Assembly: GCA_965246905.1 (NCBI GenBank)
Contig: CBDFFZ010000018.1
Location: 23,936 to 87,935 of the forward strand
From: Chitinophagaceae bacterium
GTDB lineage: Bacteria > Bacteroidota > Bacteroidia > Chitinophagales > Chitinophagaceae
Reading direction: 5' to 3'
DNA: 64,000 nucleotides
Part shown: in pieces, positions 39,051 through 47,381 of the stretch
How the letters are laid out: each line of letters opens with the position of its first letter
Numbering within the stretch: the stretch's first letter is position 1
Notes under the pieces: model-generated
Databases searched by the model: none
What the model saw: only the letters and a program-made list of their open reading frames with translations
Told to the model about the DNA's origin: nothing
Made by a program: the position numbers and the translations under genes

Positions 39051-40493
39051 ATGCGTTTTCTATTACTGCTAATGCTTTGCGCCCTGCTCTCCCCGTGTGC
39101 AAATGCGCAACCCGGCGGCGAAGTCTGGAGCCTGCAGCGCTGTGTGCAATATGCCCTCGACCATAACCTCAGCGTGCGGCAGAATGTGCTCAATGAGCGG
39201 CTTGCAGCACTCACCCTGCAGCAGAGCAGGCTTTCACAGCTGCCTAATGCCAATATTGCCCCCGGTTACGGCCGCTCATTTGGCCGCTCTGTGGATCCTA
39301 CCACCAACCAGTTTGTAAAAGGTAGCTACGACTTCTTCAGCCTCGGCGGCAATGTGGATGTGCTGATTTTCGGGTGGTTCCAGAAGCGCAGGCTGATAGG
39401 CGAAAACGACCTGAGCCACCAGGCAGCTATTGCCGATCTGGATCAGCTCCGGGATGATATTTCACTGAATGTGGCTACCGGTTACCTGCGTGCGCTGCTC
39501 TCCAAAGAGCAGATCAGTGTGAATGAAAAGCAGGTGGCCCTTTCTCAGCAGCAGCTGGCGCAGACGCTTAAGTTTGCCGAGGCGGGCCGTGTGCCGCTGA
39601 TCAATGTATCGCAGCTTAAAAGCCAGCTTGCTACCGATAGTGCCGGATTGATCACGGCGATTTCCGATTACACGGCATCGCTCCTCGATCTGCGTGCGCT
39701 CCTGAACCTCGATTTTGAAGTGCCTTTCGATGTTATTGCACCGGATGTGCCTCTAAAAGGAGATAATAACTTGCTCACCAATACTCCGGTGGAAATTTAT
39801 AATTCAGCAGCAAGGCATTTTGGCGCTATCCGCAGCAGCGAGCTTAAATTGGGCGCAGCGCAAAAAGGCTTGCTTGCAGCAAGGGCGCAACGTTATCCGC
39901 AGCTTTCCTTCAATGCGCAGCTTGGCAGCAGCTACGCTACCACCTATAAAGATTACGGCACGCCAACCTTTACCGGCGGACAAACACCTACGGGCGCTTT
40001 CGTGGATGTGAACGGCACGCCTTACCAGATCTACCAACTCGAATATAGCGTAAATGTGACCCGTACTACGCCGCTCAATACACAGTTCAACGACAACTTC
40101 CGGCATACCTATTCGCTGAACCTCAACATTCCTGTTTTTAACGGATGGCAGGCGCAGGCAGGTGTACGCAGAGCCGTCATTTCTGTTGCATCCAACGAGC
40201 TGAACAAAGACCAGGCAGTGCTCAACCTGAAGCAGAATGTGTATAAGGCGTATAACGATGCGCGCAACTCTACCCAGAAATATTATGCTGCCCAGCGTGC
40301 TGCGGAGGCTGCGCAGGAAGCCTTCAACTATGCGCAGCGCCGCTATGAGAGCGGGCTCACTAATACAGTTGAATACCTGACCATCCAGAACAACCAGTAC
40401 CGCGCAGATGCGGCCCTGAGCAGCGCGAAATTTGATCTTATCTTCCGCCTGAAAGTGATCGATTATTATCTGGGTAATGAGCTGAAGCTGTAG
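39051..40493 (+). CDS. TolC-family outer membrane efflux protein
   Basis: Signal peptide and two tandem OEP-type repeats (LSLQRCVQYALDHNLSV...; ...YEAGLTN-like YESGLTNTVEYL). Confidence 0.85.
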   Translation: MRFLLLLMLCALLSPCANAQPGGEVWSLQRCVQYALDHNLSVRQNVLNERLAALTLQQSRLSQLPNANIAPGYGRSFGRSVDPTTNQFVKGSYDFFSLGGNVDVLIFGWFQKRRLIGENDLSHQAAIADLDQLRDDISLNVATGYLRALLSKEQISVNEKQVALSQQQLAQTLKFAEAGRVPLINVSQLKSQLATDSAGLITAISDYTASLLDLRALLNLDFEVPFDVIAPDVPLKGDNNLLTNTPVEIYNSAARHFGAIRSSELKLGAAQKGLLAARAQRYPQLSFNAQLGSSYATTYKDYGTPTFTGGQTPTGAFVDVNGTPYQIYQLEYSVNVTRTTPLNTQFNDNFRHTYSLNLNIPVFNGWQAQAGVRRAVISVASNELNKDQAVLNLKQNVYKAYNDARNSTQKYYAAQRAAEAAQEAFNYAQRRYESGLTNTVEYLTIQNNQYRADAALSSAKFDLIFRLKVIDYYLGNELKL

Positions 40494-40621
40494 CGTAAAT
40501 TTATTTGCTAATGCCTGTTTTGTATTTATCAGAATGTGTATTATTTACAGTTGCATTGCCTGTTAAACTTCGTCCCGGTTTATCCAATTGTATTAAGTAA
40601 CGGCGGGCATATTCAGCGACT

Positions 40622-40693
40622 TTTGTCCTTCCGAAGGAATCTATTTCGGCCCAATGTGGGCTTATATGCAACAGATTCCTTCGGAAGGACAAA
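40622..40693. repeat. 20-bp perfect inverted repeat with nested hairpins
   Basis: TTTGTCCTTCCGAAGGAATC (40622-40641) and GATTCCTTCGGAAGGACAAA (40674-40693) are separated by 32 nt. The spacer itself contains a GCCCA-ATG-TGGGC hairpin. Confidence 0.85.
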
Positions 40694-40831
40694 GTTTAGG
40701 CAAGTCATGGCCTAACTTAATTCAATTAGTTTTTACCCAGTTAGAAGGATTTCAGGCAAGCATAACATTAAACATTAATTGAAAAGCATAGTGCAGGAGC
40801 GCCCAAATTCCCAATTCCAAATTCCTCAAAA

Positions 40832-41611
40832 TTGAAGACCACACTCTTAAAGGCCGCTCACGCAGCCGGCGACCTGATCAAATCCCGCTTCAACGGGCCT
40901 TTTCTCGTTGAGGAAAAAGAAGGCATCAATAACCTGGTTACCGAGATCGATAAGCTTGCGGAGAAAGCGATTATTGCCATCATCCAGGATGCTTTTCCGG
41001 ATCACCGTATTATCGGTGAGGAAGGTGGCGCGATTGAGCAGGAGAGTGAATACCAGTGGATCATCGACCCGATCGATGGAACGGTGAATTTTGCCCATGC
41101 CATTCCTATCTGCTGCGTAAGTATCGGGCTGAAAAAGGGCGCCGAAATGCTGATGGGCGCGGTATTTAACCCGATGATGAACGAGCTTTTCTTTGCAGAG
41201 AAAGGTAAAGGCGCTACGCTGAACGAAATGCCCATTCATGTATCTGCAAAGTCGGATTTCAGCCGTGCCTGCCTTGTTACCGGCTTTCCGTATCAATGGC
41301 CGGAAGGTGCGGAGGAGCATCCCATAAAAACTTTCGAGCGGATCGTGATGCAGGGCATTCCTGTACGACGTCTGGGCTCAGCGGCAATTGATCTTTGCTG
41401 GGTGGCCTGTGGCCGCTTTGATGGCTTCTGGGAATATAATCTGAACGCCTGGGATGTGGCTGCAGGCTATCTTATCGTAGAAGAGGCAGGAGGGCGCGTA
41501 ACGGATTTCAGTGGCAACCCCTATGATGTTTTCGGTAAGCAGACGCTTGCCACCAACGGTATTATTCATGAAACAATGCGGCAGATCATCAACGCCGGAA
41601 ATACTCTTTAA
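40832..41611 (+). CDS. inositol monophosphatase family protein (SuhB-like)
   Basis: Metal-binding motifs IGEEGG and WIIDPIDGTVNF, plus the WDVAAG motif. TTG start in the ORF track, so the start is uncertain. Confidence 0.85.
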   Translation: MKTTLLKAAHAAGDLIKSRFNGPFLVEEKEGINNLVTEIDKLAEKAIIAIIQDAFPDHRIIGEEGGAIEQESEYQWIIDPIDGTVNFAHAIPICCVSIGLKKGAEMLMGAVFNPMMNELFFAEKGKGATLNEMPIHVSAKSDFSRACLVTGFPYQWPEGAEEHPIKTFERIVMQGIPVRRLGSAAIDLCWVACGRFDGFWEYNLNAWDVAAGYLIVEEAGGRVTDFSGNPYDVFGKQTLATNGIIHETMRQIINAGNTL

Positions 41612-41614
41612 TAA

Positions 41615-42649
41615 ATGGAACAGGAACGTACAGAAATAAGCACGCTTGGCGAGTTCGGGCTCATAGACCACCTTACGCGCAATGGCGAAACTAAGCAGGC
41701 AGGTACGCTACTCGGCGTAGGCGATGATGCCGCCGTGATCGATCATTTCGGGAAGCAGACCGTGATTACCACTGATCTTTTGCTCGAGGGCGTACACTTC
41801 GACTTGATGTACACCCCCTTGAAACACCTGGGGTATAAGGCTGTTGCCGTCAACCTCTCCGACCTTTGCGCCATGATGGCTACGCCTACGCATATCACGG
41901 TAAGCATTGGTATCAGCAACCGCTTTTCCGTAGAGGCGCTGGATGAATTTTATAGCGGCATCTACGCGGCCTGCGAACGATATGGTGTGGATCTTGTTGG
42001 CGGCGATACTTCCACCTCTCTCAAAGGCTTTGTTATCTCTGTTACCGCCATTGGCGAGGTAAAGACAGATGAGTTCGTAACGCGGGCCGGAGCAAAAGTA
42101 AACGACCTCATCTGTGTGAGCGGTGATCTGGGCGGCGCCTACCTCGGCCTCCAGCTTTTAGAGCGTGAGAAAAAGATCTTTTTAGCGCACCCCGATGTGC
42201 AGCCACAACTCGAAGAGCGCACTTATGTGGTAGGCCGGCAGCTAAAGCCGGAGCCGCGCACCGATATTGTAAGCTGGCTCCAGGAAAAAGAAGTAGTGCC
42301 CTCTTCCATGATCGATGTATCCGATGGGCTCAGCTCGGAGCTCATCCATATCTGCCGGCAGAGTGGAGTAGGGTGCCTGGTGTATGATGATAAAATACCG
42401 CTGCATCCCGATACAAAGGAAGCGGCTGAAGAGCTGAACCTGAGCGCGGTAACCTGCGCGCTGAGCGGCGGTGAGGATTATGAGCTGCTCTTTACCATAC
42501 GGCAGGAAGATTATGAAACGGTAGCGCACAACCCCGCCATTACGGTAATCGGTTATATTACCGAAGCAGATCAGGGCATGGCTTTGCAAACCACAGCAGG
42601 CGAGCGGCATACGCTCCGGGCGCAGGGCTGGAATGCATTTGCGGCGTAA
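41615..42649 (+). CDS. thiL: thiamine-monophosphate kinase
   Basis: GDDAAVI motif, AIR-synthase-like fold motifs (GGDTS) and 344 aa. Confidence 0.9.
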   Translation: MEQERTEISTLGEFGLIDHLTRNGETKQAGTLLGVGDDAAVIDHFGKQTVITTDLLLEGVHFDLMYTPLKHLGYKAVAVNLSDLCAMMATPTHITVSIGISNRFSVEALDEFYSGIYAACERYGVDLVGGDTSTSLKGFVISVTAIGEVKTDEFVTRAGAKVNDLICVSGDLGGAYLGLQLLEREKKIFLAHPDVQPQLEERTYVVGRQLKPEPRTDIVSWLQEKEVVPSSMIDVSDGLSSELIHICRQSGVGCLVYDDKIPLHPDTKEAAEELNLSAVTCALSGGEDYELLFTIRQEDYETVAHNPAITVIGYITEADQGMALQTTAGERHTLRAQGWNAFAA

Positions 42650-42708
42650 AAAAACTTATCCTTTGCGGCACGAATATTTTTTGTATTTTGGCATAAATTT
42701 TTCCCTCA

Positions 42709-43212
42709 ATGAGTTTTTGGAAATCTCTATTTCTTGGCGCTGCTGCCTTTCTTGCTGTTGCCACTACTGTAACTTATACGGCCTGCGAGAAGGATGCCTG
42801 CACCGACCTCAAATGCCGCAACGGCGGTAACTGCGCAGAGGGCTTCTGCCGCTGCAAAACCGGCTATGAAGGCGCGGAATGCGAGCTAAAGCAAACCGAT
42901 AAGTTTTTAGGCACTTATGTAGGCTACAATCACTGCAATACGGAGCCTGCGCTTATCGATACGGTGAATGTATTCTTCCAAAGCGAGCCTAATGTGCTGC
43001 GTTTCTATCGCCGTGCGGATAGCCTTACCCAATATATAGGCGTACCATCCAGCTATAATATTATTGTGGATGATGCCGTAAATGGCAACAACCGCCGCCA
43101 TGTGAATGCGATCATCGACGGCAAGGAGCTTACCGTTGAGGTAGAAAACTATACCGGCACCACCAAATCTATATGCAGCTTTGTGGGCACCCGCGTTATT
43201 ATCATTCCATAG
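42709..43212 (+). CDS. lipoprotein with an N-terminal EGF-like domain
   Basis: Signal peptide with lipobox (TYTAC), followed by C-x6-C-x5-C-x4-C-x-C-x8-C. This includes CRCKTGYEGAEC, which fits the EGF-type C-x-C-x2-G-Y-x4-C signature. Confidence 0.6.
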   Translation: MSFWKSLFLGAAAFLAVATTVTYTACEKDACTDLKCRNGGNCAEGFCRCKTGYEGAECELKQTDKFLGTYVGYNHCNTEPALIDTVNVFFQSEPNVLRFYRRADSLTQYIGVPSSYNIIVDDAVNGNNRRHVNAIIDGKELTVEVENYTGTTKSICSFVGTRVIIIP

Positions 43213-43233
43213 TTTTACTAAATATTTTTATAA

Positions 43234-43267
43234 AGCCGGATAGCAATATCCGGCTTTGTTTTTTTAA
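43234..43267 (+). terminator. rho-independent terminator
   Basis: AGCCGGATA-GCAA-TATCCGGCT followed by a T-rich run. Confidence 0.7.
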
Positions 43268-43291
43268 TAAATAGCCCCTTAAATTTGTGGC

Positions 43292-44227
43292 ATGTCCATC
43301 AAAGTAGCATCGCTTACCAAGGTTTACGGTACCCAGGTTGCGGTAAACAATATTTCATTTGAACTGAAGCGGGGTGAGATCGTTGGCTTTCTCGGCCCTA
43401 ATGGCGCGGGCAAATCCACTACCATGAAGATGATTACCGGCTACCTGCCGCCTACAGACGGTACGGCCACGGTTGCTGGCTTTGATGTACAGAATCAATC
43501 GCTTGAGGTGCGCAGGCGCTTAGGTTACCTGCCGGAGGCCAACCCGCTCTATACGGAAATGTATGTACGCGAATACCTGGAGCTATCGGCAGGCATCCAT
43601 CATCTTGGAAAGGAGACGAAGCCGCGCATCGCGGAAATGATCCAGCTTACCGGGCTTACCAAAGAGGCGCATAAGAAGATCGGTGCGCTTTCTAAAGGAT
43701 ACAAACAGCGGGTAGGCCTGGCGCAGGCCATGCTGCATCGTCCGGAAGTGCTGATACTGGATGAGCCTACCTCCGGCCTCGACCCCAACCAGATCGTGGA
43801 GATCCGCGACCTGATCATGCAGATCGGGAAGGAAAAGACGGTGCTGCTCAGCACGCACATCATGCAGGAGGTAAAGGCCATGTGCAGCCGCGTGATCATT
43901 ATTAACGGCGGCAATATCGTGGCGGATGATAAGGCGGAAAACCTGCAGCAGGGCGATGGGCGCGAAGGCGCTGCGATCCTCGTAACCTTTGATAGCCCGG
44001 TAAAGGAGCAGCAGCTAAAATCCCTGAAAGGACTGAAACGCTTGGAAAGCACGGGTAACGGCGGCTGGAAGCTCTATACCGCCAACCCCGACCAGCTGCG
44101 CAAAGAGCTGCTGCAGCTTGCCTTACAGCAGGATCTGAGCATCAGCAGCATACAGACGGAAACCCAATCGCTGGAGGATGTTTTCCGGAATCTTACGGCT
44201 GGCACTGTGGAGAAAGGGGCTAAATAA
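43292..44227 (+). CDS. gldA: ABC transporter ATP-binding protein, GldA-like (gliding-motility associated)
   Basis: Walker A GPNGAGKST, signature LSKGYKQRV, Walker B LILDEPTSGLD. The size and N-terminus resemble GldA. The ABC ATPase call is firm, but the GldA label is less so. Confidence 0.7.
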   Translation: MSIKVASLTKVYGTQVAVNNISFELKRGEIVGFLGPNGAGKSTTMKMITGYLPPTDGTATVAGFDVQNQSLEVRRRLGYLPEANPLYTEMYVREYLELSAGIHHLGKETKPRIAEMIQLTGLTKEAHKKIGALSKGYKQRVGLAQAMLHRPEVLILDEPTSGLDPNQIVEIRDLIMQIGKEKTVLLSTHIMQEVKAMCSRVIIINGGNIVADDKAENLQQGDGREGAAILVTFDSPVKEQQLKSLKGLKRLESTGNGGWKLYTANPDQLRKELLQLALQQDLSISSIQTETQSLEDVFRNLTAGTVEKGAK

Positions 44228-44303
44228 GGTGGATGTCAGCAGGTTTGGGATAAGGTTGGCACGATTATGCAGCGATTAGCATTAACCAAACACACCACCA
44301 CAC

Positions 44304-44486
44304 ATGGAACAGCAAGAAAAGCATATAACGGACCCGCAGCAGGATGAGATCAACGGCAATGTATTGAAGGAAGCCTTTGAGGGGTTCTTCGGGAAGACAA
44401 AGGAAGGCCAGCCGAGCGAGGAAGAAATAAAGGAAGTCCGCCCGCTTACGGAAGCAGAAAATGGGCAGGAAGAAAAAAAAGAGTGA
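44304..44486 (+). CDS. small acidic hypothetical protein
   Basis: 60-aa ATG ORF whose stop lies inside a strong terminator hairpin. Very Glu-rich, so coding is uncertain. Confidence 0.35.
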   Translation: MEQQEKHITDPQQDEINGNVLKEAFEGFFGKTKEGQPSEEEIKEVRPLTEAENGQEEKKE

Positions 44487-44510
44487 GCCTGGTTGGCTCA
44501 CTCTTTTTTT
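44472..44510. terminator. bidirectional rho-independent terminator
   Basis: A9-GAGTGAGCC-TGGT-TGGCTCACTC-T7, between convergent genes. Confidence 0.75.
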
Positions 44511-44526
44511 ATGAAATGCAATTTAC

Positions 44527-46049
44527 TTACCTGCTTATTTCAATTTGTCTCGTAACCACGCCATCACCCGTTTGCAGCTGTAAAGTGTAGATACCCGCTG
44601 CAAGCCTGCTTATATCCACCACCATGTCCATCACATTGCCAGGCAGCTTATCTTCTTTAACCACAGCGCCATTGGCAGCGATAATCCGATAGCTTTTAAT
44701 GCTTCCCTGTGCAAGGTTTATCGTAATGCTTTGCGATGTAGGGTTCGGGTAGATGTTTACCTCGTCTTTATTCACTGCATTGCCGATGCCTGTGTTTTGG
44801 CCATTGCCGGTTACAATCGTTTTGTAGGCTGTATCCGCACCGCAGTTGTTCTTTACAATCAGCCTTAGTGTAAAGGTGCCGTTGGCCGGATAGGTATAAA
44901 TGATAGACGAGCCGCTTCCCGTAGCACCATTCGCACCGAAGACCCGCGTATAAGATGGATTGCCCACCGCCACTGCGCTTAGTGAATACTGCGTGCTGCC
45001 CGCCACAACAGGCGTGGCAGTGATTGCCGTGATAAAGGGGCAGTCGGTAAGGGTTAGCTGTATGGAATCCCTGGTTCTGCATCCGCCACCGTAGCTTATC
45101 TCTGCCCACACATAGCCGGAGAGCCATAGAGCGGCAGGCTGTTTACGAAAGAAGTTACATTGGCCGTGCGGGTGGTTTGCCCGGTAGACCAGGTGTAGGT
45201 TGTGGCTGTTGCGCCATTCCCCGCATCGAGCACAAGCGAGGTAAAGCCCCGACAAATAGACGTATCCCGGCCGAGATTTACGGTGAGCGCTGCGCGGTTG
45301 CCTACGAAGATGCGGAAACCTTTGCTTTGATGGATGGGCAGCTCGCCGGTGGCGCAGGCGGTATCAATGGCATCATAAAAGAGGTAATGCCAGCCGGTGT
45401 CTGCAAGGGTGGGTGTCCAGGAAAAGCGGCGCTTGCGCTGTTGGTACCGTTGCCGGTGATGGTAGTGGTGCTGCCTCTTGCGGTGCGGCTTTGGGCTGCG
45501 GTGAAATCTATCCGTGCGCCTGTTTTAGTGCTGCTGGCCCCAACGGTAAAGGCCATATTCTGACCGGGGCACAGGGTGAAGTAGCGGCCTGCACTGTTCC
45601 AGATAGGATTGCCGGCAGCGGCGGTAGGCTCTGTGATCTGTGGCAGGGTAATAACTGTACCGGGTGAATTAGGGTTTGGGTCCATTACGTACACGGTGCG
45701 GTAGTACATATTATCTGCCAGCAATTGGTGGTCGCGGTATTTGCGCACGGTGAAGGCAAGGTAATAGAGGCCTGTCTGAGGTGCGGTGAATGTGAAAGCC
45801 CCAGTGGTAGAATCGTGGGTGTAAGAACCGGTAGGGCCGAAAGGCACAGAAGGAGAGAAGCCAGGGCTATAAGAAAGCAGGGCCGTGCTGTCGCGCAGAG
45901 CTGTTTTCATGGCTAACTGCTCGGTTGCTGTGAGGGACAACGTGTCCTCAATGTAGGCACTGCCAAAGCCAGGTATGGCACCGATATGGTAGCCAATACT
46001 ATTAGGATAAAAAAATTGGGTGCCACCTAATGAGGTTTTGGTGCCTTTT
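44527..46049 (-). pseudogene. T9SS-secreted protein (type A C-terminal sorting domain), frameshifted and 5'-truncated
   Basis: The C-terminus VNIYPNPTSQSITINL...GIYTLQLQT... is a Por/T9SS sorting domain. At least two frame changes are needed to read through (near 45140 and 45430). An internal out-of-frame segment reads NLGRDTSICRGFTSLVLDAGNGATATTYTWSTGQTT. The reading frame stays open up to the IS boundary at 46049 with no start codon or signal peptide. Confidence 0.7.
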
Positions 46050-47381
46050 GTAGGCTCCCCTAAAGTTGACCGTTTTGGAAGTAGAGATAATCTCTAACTT
46101 TAAAACAGAAACACGAGGGATGAAGCAATCCAAATTCACAGAGATCCAGATCGTGGCTGCCATCAAGTAGCAAGAGGCTGGCCAATCCGTCAAAGACATC
46201 AGCCGTGCACTCGGCGTCTCAGAAGCCACCTTTTACAACTGGAAGGCGAAGTACGGTGGCATGGAGATCAGTGAAGTAAAAAGGTCAAAAAGCCCGAAGC
46301 CGAGCTGGCACAGTACAAGAAGATGTACGCCCGAGCTGAGCTTCGATCACCAGGCACTCAAAAACGTAGTGGCAAAAAAAGGTAGGCTCTGCTGACCAGA
46401 GAGAAGTTACAGGTCTGCTTATCACAGAGGAAGGCTGTAATGTCAGCAGGGCATGTTTGATGGCGGGCCTTAACCGCAGCACCTACCGATACAAACACAA
46501 GCTAAAGGACGACCATAAGCTGGAAGATCACCTGTCCGCCCTTACCACAAAACACCCGGCCATTGGGTTCTGGTCCTGCTATTACCGGCTCAGGAACAGA
46601 GGCGAGCAGATCAACCATAAGCGGCTCTATCGGGTCTATAAGGCTATGCGTCTGCACATCAGGCGAAGGTCAAAGAAGCGGCTGCCCGAACGGCTGAAGC
46701 AGCCTTTGGTAGTGCCTACAGCCCCTAATCAGTGCTGGTCGCTAGATTTTATGAGCGGGTGCGCTCAGTGATGGGCGCAAGTTCCGGGTGATGAACATCA
46801 TCGATGACTACAACCGTGAGTCGCTGAAGATAGAGGTAGATACCTCGCTGCCCGCGCTCAGGGTACAGAGGCCCTGGACCAGGTCGTGGCTCAGAGGGGC
46901 GTGCCTGGTAATATCAGAAGTGACAACGGACCTGAGTTCATCAGCCATCTGATGGAACAATGGGGGGTGAGCAAAACAAGGTGAGCTGGCATTATATCCA
47001 GCCGGGCAGGCCGATGCAGAACGCCTATATTGAAAGGAAGAACGGATCGATGAGGCGAGAGTTATTGAACACCTGGATGTTTGAGAGCCTGGGTGAAGCA
47101 AGAGCCAGGTGTGAAGCCTGGCGGCTGGATTACAATCACGGCCGGCCGCATAAAGCGCTGGGCTACCTGTCCCCAGTGGGTTACGCTGCGCAGGAAAAGC
47201 AAAATAGTAAAGCAATAGCTGATGAAAGTGCGGACGCCTTATCCACAAATCCGCGTAGGCAGGATAGCCCTTCAGCTATCCCTGCCGTATAGCTCGGACT
47301 TGTGGATAAAATATTTGAAATACCTTTATGAGCCAACACAGACCTCTACTTTCAATTTGACCAGTTTTTAGGGGAGCCTAC
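46050..47381 (+). mobile_element. decayed IS3-family insertion sequence (different group from the one at 32.2 kb)
   Basis: Terminal inverted repeats: GTAGGCTCCCCTAAAGTTGACCGTTTTGGAAGTAGAG on the left versus the reverse complement GTAGGCTCCCCTAAAAACTGGTCAAATTGAAAGTAGAG on the right. OrfA/OrfB remnants inside. Confidence 0.8.
46120..47292 (+). pseudogene. IS3-family transposase OrfAB, disrupted
   Basis: OrfA (MKQSKFTEIQIVAAIK*QEAGQSVKDISRALGVSEATFYNWKAKYGG) has an in-frame TAG at 46168. The integrase core (CWSLDFM ... [11 protein letters not shown] ... YIQPGRPMQNAYIERKNGS) is spread over several frames. Confidence 0.8.

Noticed and set aside
40501-40692. 63-aa minus-strand ORF between the TolC-family and SuhB-like genes.
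   Set aside because: It is drawn straight through the 20-bp inverted repeat and has no start context or family resemblance. The palindrome itself is reported instead.
47238-47310. Two perfect DnaA-box 9-mers in inverted orientation (TTATCCACA at about 47240 and TGTGGATAA at about 47301), enclosing a second inverted pair (GCAGGATAGC / GCTATCCCTGC).
   Set aside because: They lie inside the right end of the IS3 element and are most simply a sub-terminal hairpin of the IS. There is no AT-rich unwinding element or further boxes, so an origin function is unlikely.
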